Positions 12,516-25,379 of a DNA stretch of 64,000 nt are shown here, in pieces. How positions within the stretch are numbered: position 1 is the stretch's first letter; each line of letters begins with the position of its first letter. Under the pieces are notes generated by a model. That model was not told the origin of the DNA. It made no database searches and worked only from the letters and a program-made list of their open reading frames with translations. Source of the DNA: Geosiphon pyriformis uo1 (taxonomy: Eukaryota; Fungi; Glomeromycota); contig JAAOMT010000213.1 in NCBI GenBank assembly GCA_016748015.1, forward strand, positions 1-64,000, written 5' to 3'. Made by a program: the position numbers and the translations under genes.

Positions 12516-13204
12516 TGTTACGGGTTGGAGTAACAAGCTAATGGATAGCAAGAGAGAACAAAATTGTAAGGTGATGAAAATAATCAAAGAGAAATTCAAC
12601 TTTAAAGAGTGAATTGAATAAGTATGGATTCAATGTGCGAGATTAGTCTCATAAAATATCTTAGTCACTATTCTTTTCAAAGGTAACTGAGGAATCTGAA
12701 GGTAGAGGAATAGTTCGTACTGTCAACAATTGATCACCACTGGTATAATTCTATGCCTCACGTCAGTGCTCTTAGAATTCAATATCAGATATCAACTTGT
12801 GCTTTTCAGTCATGTTTATTCAAATAATCTTCAAATGCTACAATTATATATGTCAGGAAAAGACCAACAAGTAATTTTTTATCTTTAAGATGTTCAAATA
12901 CTTGAAGGTAGGGAAAAAGAAATTAGCAATAAGAGAAGGATTGTGATGAAAGTTGTTATTTTATTTATTCTTAATTATTCAGATGCTTGTTATTACATAC
13001 TTTTCTACAGTTAAGAGATTCATTGCTTATATAACTATCAAAAATGGTTAATGATCAGGTCAATAATCAGATCAACAGTCAGGTCAATGGTCAGGTCATT
13101 GATCAGGTCAATGATTACTTTCTAAAAATAGTGTGGCTAATCATATGACATCAGTGGCTAATACATGTGATAATTAATATAAAGTATAGATCTCAACCAT
13201 AACA
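12516..13204 (-). repeat. 5' LTR (subfamily A, 689 bp)
   Basis: TGTTA...TAACA termini. TATA near 13025-13033 and 12-bp tandem repeats ~13045-13115. Homologous to 17853-18529 and 57513-58141. Confidence 0.92.
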
Positions 13205-13691
13205 CTACTATTATTCTATATCTTAATTCAGCAATTCTTAGAATCAATAACAAATATTGCTGTGCTTTTTAATTATTTCTTTATTTAATAAATCACAAAA
13301 GCAAGCAATTGCTTCTTAAGTTAATTTTAATAATACAAATCAAAAAAAAAAATAAGATATATAAAGATAAAGAAAAGAAAATAAATGATATGAGAGGAAG
13401 TAATTAATAGTGGATTTTATTTCATTACTTTAATTATGTTTTTCTACAACTAAAAAACTCATTACTTATATAATTATTAAAAGTAATTAATAACCAGGTC
13501 AACAACTAAGTTAATAATCAGATCAATGATTAGATTATTAATCAAGTCAATAATTAAATTAATGATTAGGTCAATAGTCAGGTCATTAATCAAATCAATA
13601 ATTACTATCTAAAAATAGGGTGGTTAATTATATAATATTAGTGGCTAATATATGTAATAATTAATAAAAAGTATGAGTTTTAACCATAACA
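13205..13691 (-). repeat. older partial LTR (A'-like) into which the 7848-13204 element inserted
   Basis: Aligns to 7334-7847 with many transitions; ends ccataaca. Confidence 0.85.
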
Positions 13692-14640
13692 ATTATAATA
13701 TACATTATTAATTACTTAAGATAAAATTAGAAAAATCTTATTAATTTTACTTCTGCTAATACAAATAAATCCTGGTTATAATAAATTTTTCTTATTTTAA
13801 ACAATTGTTATAATAAATTAACATTAATTAAGCACACTGCTAAAATGTATATAGAGTTAATATAGTATAAATAAAGAAGTAATATTGCTATTTTTAACTA
13901 TTAAAGCATTTATTAATTACAAGCATAAGAATTATAGTGTAAATTAGATAATATTATACTCTTTGTAAATAAAAAAATAATTTTTAAAAATAAGTTTTAC
14001 ATGTTTAATAATAATTGTAAAAACCAGAATTGGTATTTATACTTAAGAATTTTTTATTAATTAAATAAATATCACATTTTTTTATTTAATATTGATTATT
14101 TTATAATATATGCCAGTTAAAACATAAATAAAATTAAATAAAAATATAAAGTTATAAAAATAAAATATTTAGTTATTGTTTAAATTATTAAAAATTAGAG
14201 CTATTATTGTTAACAATATATTTTTAAAAATTATTATAAAAAAAATTACAAATATTTATATTAAAAATTTATTAAAAATAAATATTTTAGTTCAAAAAAA
14301 TTATTTTAAATAAAACAAAACCAAATTTAAAAACAATTCAAAATTATTTTGTTTAAAATAACAAATTATGTTATTATAATTAATAAAATTAAAAAAATTT
14401 ACTTAAAGTTATTTATTATTAATAAAAAATTATTTTTAAAATTTGTAATTATATAATAATTAAATTTTTTTTTGTATTTTTATAATTATATTCAAAATAA
14501 AAAGTAAAAAAGTTGAAATTTTTTTATTTTTTTAAAACATCCAATAATATTTTTATTAGTAAAAAATTTATAATTATTAAAACTATTTAATAAAATATTA
14601 TTTTAAATAAATTAATAATTAATTAATTTAAAAATACTAT
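13692..14640. other. extremely AT-rich tract, probably a hypermutated TE relic
   Basis: Very few G/C, no ORFs, flanked by TEs. Confidence 0.55.
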
Positions 14641-14729
14641 ACTTTTTTTTTCTTTATCTTAAATTTCCAAAAAAGAGTTAAAAATTTTTTATTATTCAGT
14701 ATAATAAATTAAAATTATTTTTGCTGAAT

Positions 14730-16536
14730 TATGAGACTACTATTGGCTTTAGTATTGCTGTCATGAAAAAAGCCCTTAAAGATTCTGGCTTTGATGTTGG
14801 TATCAAATCTGGTGTATTTAGAAAAAAAAGCACTTTGGAAGATGGTATTAATGGTAAAAAGATTTCTGCTAAGAAATTGAGTAGTCATTCATAAAGTTCT
14901 AAGACTGGTAATACCACCAAGTTTAATGGTATTAATATAGAAAAAAAGTGTCTGGTTAAAAACACCAGCTTTGATTATAGTAATGATGATGTTTTTGTTA
15001 GAAGAAATTCCGATTAAATGCTTAAAAATTTACAGATACAAACCAAAAAAACATTGGAAAAACCATTAGAAAAAATCAATTTCTTGAATAATAATGACAA
15101 TAACATTCTGTTAAATGCTTCTTTAATGCTTTTCTCTTTTTAAAAAACTTGGTCAATATTTCTGTTAAAAAATTCTTTACTATAGATATTGGACTGAAAA
15201 AAATTGTTGGAAAGTTATTTTAAAAAAAGCTAGCAGTGGTCAAAAAATTGTTTTTAAAAGTTAATAGTTTTGAAAAGGCTTCTATCCTTTCAAAATTTGA
15301 TGGCATTATCTGGATATCTTTTACTTCTGAAAAGATTATAATGGTAACAACAAAATTGGCAAATAATTAGGATGTTGTAATAAATACCAATTTCAAGCAC
15401 TCTGTCAACAATCATATAAATTAGGCTATTGTGTTAAAAAAATTTTTTGTAAGAACATCTATAGAAACTGTATGTGCTGCTGTATCTGAATTTGGTGTTA
15501 TTAAGTTAATCAAGATATAGCTAGTGAATTTATGACAAAAAATAATCATCAAATTAAAAAATCAAGATTAGGTTGATTTTTTGGCTTCTGAATAGTCTAT
15601 TTTTATTAAGAATAATACAGTTCATGTAACCAAGACTGATTTTAATAAACAAATATGAGATTTTAGAAATAAGTTTAGGGCTTTGCTTTATATACTTCCC
15701 ATAAAAATGACTGCTCATAATATATAAGAGTTTATTAATTCTATTAGTAGAAAGATTTGTGTTATTGATTATAATTTTACCAACTATATCTGTGCTATTA
15801 TTTATTTTAGCTTTAAATTAAATATAATTAATATAATAACTATAACTTCAGTTATAAAAAAAGTTAGTTTTTATTGGTCTTGTCTATTTTTTACTTTGTG
15901 TATAGTCTGTAAGAATTTAGGTCATATATCTCTTATTTGTAAGTTAGTGAAGATTTTGTTGCCTCTTAAGAGTAGAAAGATTCTCCTTTCAGCTTAAAAC
16001 CAATACAGATTGGCTAAGATCTATGAAAAAAGACTGCATTTATTTCTTGTCCTTTGGTTTTTGGTAAGAAAACTTGAATATCAATAATTAATAACTATCT
16101 TCCACTAATGCTTTCTGGTAGTAATTCACAATATGGTTCTGTCAATAATAGTAAATCTTTCCCAACTGTGGTGAATAAGATGGAAATACGTTTGGTCAAC
16201 ATTGAAAACAGTTTTATTAGCTTTATAAAACAATTTAGTAAGTTGGCTAAAAAGTTGGAGTTATTTATGTCAATGATTTCCCAGCCTAGTTCTGAATATC
16301 AATTATTAGTGATTTTACTATTACAGAATTAGATGAGTAATGTAATAATGGAAAAAAATTCAAGTAAGGCCACTAGTAATAAAACTGCTATGAATTTGAG
16401 TTTATCTATTTCTCCAAATATTATTAAATTAGAAAATCTTCTGTTGGGTCTTTCTGCCTTAGTACTAAGCTTATTGACTTGTTTTAATAGTATGGCTTTG
16501 ACTGGTGGTATGCTTTCTCATCCCATTTTTCAATGA
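14730..16536 (+). pseudogene. LINE-A ORF1 (RRM-like domains, CCHC knuckle, coiled coil)
   Basis: Remnants AVSEFGVIKLIKI, FRALLYILP and C-x2-C-x4-H-x4-C (~15898-15940). The stop overlaps the ORF2 start (ATGA 16533-16536). Confidence 0.75.
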
Positions 16537-17852
16537 GTAGCTTAATATGGAAAATTGTTATGTACAATATCAGGGAAATAAACAATTCTATAAAGCAAAA
16601 AAATATTGTCTATTGGCATTTGAATTCTAAGAATAATATTTTGATTGTTACTAAAACCAAGTTTTGCTTAAATATTAGGTCTTGAATTACAGACAAATTT
16701 TCTGGTGTCAAAGTGTTTATCTCAGATTTGAATTTTGAATTTTTAAGTGTTGGCATTGTTTTAATTATGAGTGTTTATTTGGCTAAACATATTTTTAAGA
16801 TATCTGAGATTCTAAATAGGCTTTTAGTAATTCCCTTGCTATTTAAAAACAAACAATTTGTTTTTGTGGTAGACTTATATGCTAAAGTCTCTTTGAATGG
16901 ATGTTTAATTCAAGCTGATTTTGTTAACTTTTTTATAGCCAAAACTTGTAATAAGAGCACTTTTGTTGTATTGGAAGATAATTTCAATAAGAATAGTACT
17001 AAGCATAGTGCCAGTTTCAGAAAATATGTGAATTTGGGTTTAGTTAACTCTCTGGCTGGCAGTTTATGTATTAAAATTCTTACTTGGAGAAATTCAAGAA
17101 ATATTAAAAGAATATTTGATTACATTTTTGTTTTACAAAGTTTGGCTAATGTGCTAATAAACAGATCAATTACATATGTAAATGAATTTTTTAATACTGA
17201 TTACAGTGCTATTTGAATTGTAGTTAGTCTTAAAGGTATTTTGGATCTAAATTTGAGGACCATTTGTGTACAAGTCAATAGGAACAGATAAAAGTTCAAT
17301 TTTAAAAATGTGGATGGTGCTAAGTGAGAATAGTTCAAGATTTTAATCTATGACAATAAGATCATGTTTGCTAATAAGTTTGCTAATTTCCTTTATTTTT
17401 CGGATTTGAATGTCATGTAAAATATTGTTTGTAGAGTTGTTTGTTTTTTAGCCAATAAAAATTTCTCAAAGTCTTGGTTTAAAAATTACAATAGTGTTTT
17501 CACAAAGAAATCTTTTCATTTTTACAAGTTGGAACTTTTGGTGTTTAAGTTGATTAAAATTTCTTGTTTAGTTTTTTGTGATAAGTTTGTATTACTGCTG
17601 GATATATGAGACAAGCTTGATACTGTTAATGCTTTTGTAATGAAATTTTTTTTTTTTTGGAATTTTATTTTAATACTATTAGATTAGTTTTAGCTAAGAT
17701 TAAAAAATTTTACTGCTCTTCTAAGATATTAGAATCAAAGCATACTGAAAAATCTTAGATCAGATCAACAATTAATAAAAAAATAGAAAGTTTTAAAATA
17801 GACAAGGGTCATACTATCAGAAGTGTATTAAAACACTCTTTTTACAAAGTAG

Positions 17853-18529
17853 TGTTATGGTTGAGATCTATACTTTTTATTAATTATCACATGTATTAGT
17901 CACTGATGTCATATGATTAGCCACACTATTTTTAGAAAGTGATCATTAACCTGATCAATGACTTGATTATTGACCTAATCATTGATCTGATCATTGACCA
18001 CTTTTGATAGCTATATAAGCAATAAATCTCTTAGCTGTAGAAAAGCATGTAATAACAAGCATCTGAATAATCAAAAATAAATAAAATAACAACTTTCATC
18101 TCAATTCTTCTCTTATCACTAATTTCTCTTTCCCTATCTTCAAGTATCTGAACATTTTAAAAATAAAAGATTACTTGTTGGCCTTTTCCTAATGTATATA
18201 ATTGTAGTATTTGAAGATTATTTGAATAAACATGACTGAAAAACACAAGTTGATATCTGATATTGAATTCTAAGAGTGCTGATATGAGGCATAGAATTAT
18301 ATCAGTGGTGATCAATTGTTGACAGTATGGACTATCTTTCTACCTTCAGATTCTCCAGTTATCTTTGAAAAGAATAGCAATTGAGATATTTTGTGAGACT
18401 GATCTCGCATATTAAATCCATACTCATTCAATTTGTTCTTTAAAGTTGAATTCTCCTTTGATTATTTTCATTACTCTACAATCCTGTTCTTTTTTGCTAT
18501 CCATTAGCTTGTTACTCCAACCCATAATA
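17853..18529 (+). repeat. solo LTR (subfamily A), 4-bp TSD GTAG
   Basis: Reverse complement of 12516-13204. GTAG at 17849-17852 and 18530-18533. LINE ORF2 resumes afterwards. Confidence 0.92.
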
Positions 18530-20467
18530 GTAGTATTAAATCATCTGATTATTGATTATAAACTGATTTTGGAATTTGATCTGGTTAAGATCAAAGTGAA
18601 TAAAATTATGGAGTACTAGACTAGGAAATATAAAGTAATTTCTAATATTTTTGATGATTGGTCTTATTAATATCAGTCATTGGAATATGTTTTTAATAAA
18701 GCTTTTTCAAATTTGATGTGTCTAATTAGTTTTGATGAATTTTTTAATATAATTGCTAATTTGCCTAATGGTAAAACTGCTGGTCTTTTTGGTATCTTAA
18801 ATAAGCTTTAAAAACATTGCAACAACTTGGTTTTGAATATGTTTTTGGTGCTTTTGAATTTTTGTTTGTCTTGCAAATTGGTGCCCAATTCTTAAAAAAA
18901 AGCTTAGGTTTTAATGATTCTTAAACTATATAAGTGGAATAGCATTTTTATGAATATTCACTCTATTTTTTTAATTGAGATTATATGTAAAGTTCTTTCC
19001 AAGATTTTTTTTAACAAGATTTCTTTAGCATACAACACTTTTAACATTTTTTATGAAGACAATTTTTTAGTTTTAAAAGATATAACAACACAATCTTCTA
19101 TTTTTGCTATTGGTTCAGTAATTAAAAACACATTGAAAAAAAAACAGGAACTCTGACTGGTTTTGCAAGACATGCAAAAAGCTTACAATTTTGTTGGATA
19201 AAAACATTTTAAGCATAGCTTGATTAGAATAAAAATATGTGACAGATTTATTCAATTTTTTGGTAGTATTTACAATACTTATATCAACAAAGTTATGACT
19301 AACTTTGGTTTAACTGGTAGATATTGTGTACATAATAGTTTGGATCAAAAAAAATATTCTCATATCTTATTTGGTATATATTTTACAATCCTCTTCTTTG
19401 TGAAGTTAAGAAACAGAAGAGTGTATGTGAGTATAGATTGAATTTTTATTTTATTGTTAGAACTGGTTGTATAGATTTTTAGACTAGTTTTATTTTTTTT
19501 TTACTGCTAGTGCTTTTGTTGATAATATGATCTGGATTGAATACAGTTAAAATACTATCTAACATATCCTTAATGTTACAAATAAATTTTTTTGGATTAA
19601 TAACATTTCTATTAATAATAACAAAATAATATCAACTGCAAAGTTGGAAGTCTTTCTTTGTTGATTAACAGTTTACTTATTTCTATTGCTAAAAAAAAAA
19701 ATTTTATTACTATTTGAGTATTTTTCTTTCTATTAAAGATTTATCAAAGCCTAGTTTGGTTAGAGCAAATTCTGATGTTTGGTTTTTTGCCAATCTTGTT
19801 CTAAAAAAAACCATCTTGGATAAACAATTTTTGTATTTAGTGTTAACAGTTTTTCATTCTATTGTTAGCTACAGAACACAATTCAGCTTTATTTTTATTG
19901 GTATGTATAATAAGTAGAATGCTTTAATCTATAAGAACTTAAAAATAAAATCTGGTCTACTTCTTAATTTTCTTAGTAATGCATTTTATTATCCTTTTTT
20001 GTATAGTTTGAAAACTTTTAAACAGGTTCAAACTGAGAACAAAAGTGGCTTTTTTTTTAAATTTTGCAAATTTTAATAAGATTTTGGGCTGTTTGTTTTC
20101 TTACAGGTCTCATGACTTATAAGTTTTGTGTTAGAATCTGTTTTACTTTTTAAGCTTTTTAACTTAGATTAGGGTTAGCTTTTCTAATAACTTTTTAGTA
20201 GGTGTAATTTGTATTTTTTTTAAGTGCAATTTATTCTTAAGTAGTTTTATAAACAATTTTTTCTGTTTTAAAAAAATACTCTTATGTTAACTGTTCTTGG
20301 TTATTTCAAATTCTTTTACTTTGGCATTATGACATTGCTTTTGTAAACCAATTTTGTGATTAAAATAGTTCTATTTTTAATTAAAAAACCTTTAAGTGGT
20401 GAAAGAAATTGGACTTCTGTGGTCCCATTTCTGATTGGTTTAAGCTTTTTGTTAACTTCTTTAATAG

Positions 20468-21382
20468 TGTTACTTATAGAATATAGGAATTAAATATTAG
20501 TACATAAATTAGCCAATCAGAATAAACATAGTAAAAGTGAAATTCCAGGATTCCTCTTAGAGGAATTGCAAGATTTTAGGAATTTCAGAATTCTTGTATG
20601 AGGAATTACAGGATTCCAGAATTCCAGAATTCCTCTCAAAGGAATTGTAAAATTCCAAGAATTCTAGAATTCCTAGCTAAAAAATTGAGGAATTCAAGGA
20701 ATTTTGTACAATAAAATTTATGTATATATAGCAATAGTATTAAAAGCTAGAAAGGAGGACTTTCAGAGTCAATAGAACTCTCAAAGTCAATTAGACTCGC
20801 AAGTCTTAATTATTAGAATCCTTCAATTAAGGATCTCTCAGTTTAGATTTGATCTAAGCAACCTTTTTATTCATAAATATCAATAAATAATTATTTACTA
20901 TTTCAATTTACTTTCTATTATCAACACTTTATGTTGATAGTAATTGATACTTAACCATACAGGAACAATAGCTCTTGATCATGGCTATTGACAGAATATT
21001 AACTTGTAATTGCCTTGGCTTATTTTCTTATTTTCTTTTATTTCTTTTATTTTTCTTTGTTATTTTTTTGTTTTATTAATTGATTAAAGGATTAAGCACT
21101 AGAATACAGATATTATAGGGACTGGTAAAAAACCTGTGAAACAAGGGTAGAACATTCATAGATTTGAGGATAGCTTACCAGGAAGATTACCGGCCACCAT
21201 GCTAAAAAAAAATTGACAGAATTATAATTTCAGGAGACTATGGAAATAACTATTGAATTTCTGTTCATTATACAAAGAACTCCACAACAAAACCTTCAGA
21301 TATTTCTAAGTATTTCTATTAATTGAGCACCAAGTTATGGGTTTGTTATTTGCTTTAAGATTCCAAATAATCACCTGTAACA
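20468..21382 (+). repeat. solo LTR (family C), 4-bp TSD ATAG
   Basis: TGTTAC...GTAACA termini, ATAG on both sides, homologous to 46953-47805, ~9-bp GAATTCCA-type repeats. Confidence 0.9.
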
Positions 21383-23077
21383 ATAGTATAGCTTTCTTTT
21401 TTACCTGGTTCTCTTTTTTGAATAACATTAGACCTTTGAATATTCTTGAATCTTGTGAGTTTGAGTTGGTTAATGGTCATTTGTTGGATGTTGTCACTGG
21501 TAGCCTGTCTGTATATATGGATAAATCTTTAAAAAACTTGGAGTTAATCAATATAAAAACTGATGCTATGGTTTTTTTTGAGAACTTAAACTTGGGTTTA
21601 GGTGTTGGAGTTTCTGGTTTAATATCTTCTACTTTGGCAGAGTTGTAAGCTATTGTATTGGTTCTTGAGTGTGTTTTCTATTTTAGCTTAGTTTGTTTGT
21701 TTACAGACAATCAAACTGCTTTGGATGCATACAAATTAAAATTGGATTCAATATATTTGAATTTTCAAAATTGGTGTTAAATTGAGCATCAGTATATTAT
21801 AGATATTATTCATAACAAGAATTTGAATATTAGTTGGCATAAGATAAAGGGACACTCAGATAATTTGGGTAATATATATGCTAATGTACTTGCTGACATT
21901 GTATCCTTTTTTAATTAGTATTTGTTTTTTTCTTCTCTTTAGTTGAAGAGTCATTGTATTATGGCTGATAGTAGTATTGTTTTTGGTAATACTAAACATT
22001 TTATTTATGATGTTTTTTGGTCTGTTTATTGTATATGTTGAGAAGTTGGTTCTGGTTCTAAAATTTTGGCTAATAGTCTGTTCTTAAATGTTAATTGGCT
22101 TAATTTATTTATGATATGACATCCTAATTTGTATATGGCTGCTGGTTTTACTAGTAGACTTATTGCTAATATTTGTACTTATTTTATGAAAGCTTTATAC
22201 TATTGGCTATCCATTACTGTTTAAAAGCACCTATATAATAAGTGTTATCCTAATGTGAAATATTTGTATTGTGATGATATTGAAATTTCAAACCATGTTT
22301 TTTTTTGTACTATTAACAATTTTGTTTATCATTATTTGTTAAATAACCATACAAATACTTGAAAAATGCTTTCTAATTTTATTTTATTTTTTTTATATGT
22401 ATCTTAGTTAATGTTTTTATGTATTTTCCATGTTATAATATATACAGTTCTTTGCAAGGGCTTTGTTTTTAATAGTTGGCATTAAGAGACTGTTTTTGTT
22501 TTCAGTAATTTCAAAGTTATAGATTTAAAAATTGTAAACTTTGTACATAATTTCTGTTTTGCTTATAGAGATAAAATTTGGTTGGTTTGTATTAAGCATT
22601 GTATCTTTATAGAGAGAAATAGGCTAATTACATATGATAGTTCAGTTCTTGTTTCTATTTTTGGGCTGTTTTTGGTATTTTCTATTGGTGTAATTAAATT
22701 GCTCAGTATTACTAAGGCATTTGGTATTAGTTTTGGCTTTCATAAGTCTTGTTTGTTTTTTTCAGGCATTGAGAACACAGTTTTGGTTTGTATAAATACT
22801 TAATATTGTCTTAATTAGCTTGAATGACTGGTTACATATAGAAAATACATGATTTATATCTAGTTTAGATCATTATATAATGTATTATATTAAATAGTAT
22901 GTGGATCTCACTTGTAAAATTTAAAAAAAAATTTAAAAATTTAAAAATTTAAAAAAAAATACTATTTTTGGTTTTAAATAAAAGTTTTTTTTAAGTAACT
23001 AATTAATATTAGTATTAATGTAATTGTTATTATTATAAAGAATTTTAAAATTTTTAACAATAAATTAATAATTAAGT

Positions 23078-25377
23078 TACTTTTTTTATTTTATTATATG
23101 TTTTATGAATATAACTAATTTTATAATCAAAACTAGAACAAAGAGTAAAAAAGCTGCATCTGATATTTTTCCTGAAATATCTAATAAGATTTCAACCAAA
23201 GGAGCTCTTTTTGTTATAGAAACAACTAAGCAGAATGTTTTAAAAGCCTTTTTTTTACTTAGTAATTATAAAAAGCTGTTTTTAATAGCTACTAAAGCAA
23301 TTTTCTCATCTTTGACTAGTTTTTTACTAGTCAAAGTTCTCTTAAAGAAATACATTTGGATTAGTTCCAGTATTGTCTCTACTCCAACTAAAAGCCCAAA
23401 AGTTTTTAATAATAAACCTGTAAACAAGCTGGTCTTCTTCTTTTTAGCTTTAACACCTGGTATTACTAGTATTACCTCTTCAAAAAAAATGGTCAAAAAG
23501 ACCGAAAATTCAGAAAAGTAGAGGCAGTTGCTTGTCTCTACTATTATTACACCAAACCTCTTTGTGGTTTCTAATGAGATCTTAGGTGAGATTTTTATAA
23601 TATTATCCAGCATGTTATCTAAGATGGGCCAAGATTAACCACTGGCTGTGTTGCCAAATATGAGGTCTTCTAACAAATCATTGCCAGTTTTAGAAGCAAA
23701 ACAATTATTTTCTGTGATGTCATCTGTTTTTGAAAACTGAACTGACCAAATGAAAACTGAATCATCTTCTCTTCTGGTTTTTGGTGCTGCTGCTAATGGT
23801 GCTTAGGAAACTATTACTAATTATCAAAGATTTGCTGAGTAGATGGCCTCTATTCTGGTATCTAGTGCTATTTTTAAGATCAAATTGGTTCATATTAAGG
23901 CTGTTTTTCAGTCTATACATGGTTTTTTGGATGCAAAATCTGTCTTTAAGAACAATATAAAGCTTTTCTGTATGAAGTTTATTTCCCAAAGTTCTTTGGA
24001 TGCTGTATTTCTAGTTAAACTTACAAGTTTTGTTTATCTTGTCACTTTCAAAATTGCCAAGTCTTTGGTAGTTTCTAAGCCTGGTTTTTCTTCTGCTGCT
24101 GTTGTACTACATAATGTGTTTTTGGGTGTATCAGCTGCTAATATTAAGTCAACTCTTGGTATTTTTGGTAAAATTTTTTATGTTGTGCTAAAGCCAGTTG
24201 GTATTTGACAATATATAGTTGTTTACTTTAAAATTTTGGATGCTGTTGTATCTGCTCTTACTCACTAGTTGGTTTTGGTGAACAAAAATAGTATTCAAAT
24301 TTTTCCCCTTGTTAATCAAAATAAAACAATTTTGTCTTGTAATTGGTTTAAGACCAAGTTGGTTAATCTTTTTTCTGGCTGTACTGCTTTTGAAATTAGT
24401 AATATGATCTCTTAGGTTGGTGGCTGGACTTGTTTTATTCCTTATTCACTTGATTTTAGTTATTGTTTTTGGTTTGCTTTAGTTATATTTGATTCCCAAA
24501 TTGATTTAGATTCTGTGGTTATCAAGACTAGTACTTTAAGAAAGTGCCATATTTGGTAAGAAACCTTTGGTTGTCAGTGCTGCTTTAGGTGTCTAGAAGT
24601 AGACTATTTGGCTATAGACTACAAAGTCTCTTCACCTCCTTTTTTCAAATCTTTTAAGGTGTTAAAAACACGTTTTGTAAGTAGTATTTCTTATGCAAAG
24701 ACTTCTGTTATTTTGGATTCTTCTGAGTTTCCTCTTTTGGCAGCTTTTATTTTTCCTTTTATAGTTGTTGGCAATCTCTTAGTGTTCTTTTGGTTGGCTT
24801 TTTTGGAGTTTGATTTGGTCAAGCTTTTTGTTTTAGTTAAGTCTATTATTAAACTAATTGGTTTTTTGGTCAAATTGTTTGAACAGTTTATTAATAGAGA
24901 TTTGGTTTTAAACAGTAAACTTGGCCTTAAAGTCAATAAGGTTTTGGTGCATATGAGTTTTTTTAGTAAAATTGTTGATAAGTTGAAAAGAGAAATGATT
25001 TTTTTAAAAAAGAAGTGTTGTATAAAAGATATTAATGTCTGATAATTCAGAACATCCAGTTGGCTTGAATGATGAAGTGTTTTCTAACTTAATGTTATTT
25101 TGAAAACATGAATTTGTTATTGTAAAGACTAATATCTTTAAAATGGCTAAGTGGTTAATTGGATTGGTTTATGATAGTACTATATTGTAAAATTGTTTAA
25201 AAGATATCTTCTTTGAATAAGTTTTCTTTTAAGACTTCAGCATAGTATATTCTTAATTGGTCTGAATGACTAGTCACATATAGAAAGCACATGATTAGCA
25301 CCTAGTTTAAATTACTTAGTTTAATGTATTGTACTAGATGGCTTTTGGACTATACTTATTAAGCAATAAAAAAAAAT
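23078..25377 (+). mobile_element. HAL1-like ORF1-only non-autonomous retroelement, subfamily B1 (LINE-A-type 3' tail)
   Basis: Decayed ORF ~23105-25245 (TRTKSKK...RRM-like...CFRCLEVDYLAIDY...coiled coil), then a tail homologous to the LINE-A 3' UTR and poly(A). No EN or RT. Confidence 0.8.
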
Positions 25378-25379
25378 AT

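Larger units (their letters stand above)
7848..13204 (-). mobile_element. Gypsy family 2 copy (5' LTR, PBS, gag, PR, RT, RH, IN N-terminus), decayed
   Basis: LTR 12516-13204. Gag from ~12463 with knuckle CYCCGLTGHFSRDC. Protease LILNSGSS, plus RT/RH fragments in the ORF track. Confidence 0.92.
16533..22803 (+). pseudogene. LINE-A ORF2 (APE endonuclease, RT, RNase H, C-terminal Zn motif)
   Basis: APE: WKIVMYNIR, IVTKTK, EDNFN, FDYIFV, TDYSAI. RT: LQDMQKAYN ~19163, AFVDNMIW ~19512. RNase H: VYMDKS, TLAEL, TDNQ, KIKGHS. Terminal LYCDDIEISNHVFFC. Confidence 0.88.
14640..22960 (+). mobile_element. LINE-A: near full-length decayed non-LTR retrotransposon with RNase H, interrupted by two solo LTRs
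   Basis: ORF1 relic followed by ORF2 relic, a 3' UTR at 22803-22915 and an A-rich tail (aaaatttaaaaaaaaattt...). Confidence 0.88.

Noticed and set aside
12630-12725. Intron-containing tRNA-Met gene in the LTR (anticodon arm split near position 37/38, GTTCG downstream)
   Set aside because: No D-arm, T-stem or acceptor stem can be formed, and GTTCG is GTCCG in other copies. Kept only as complementary boxes.
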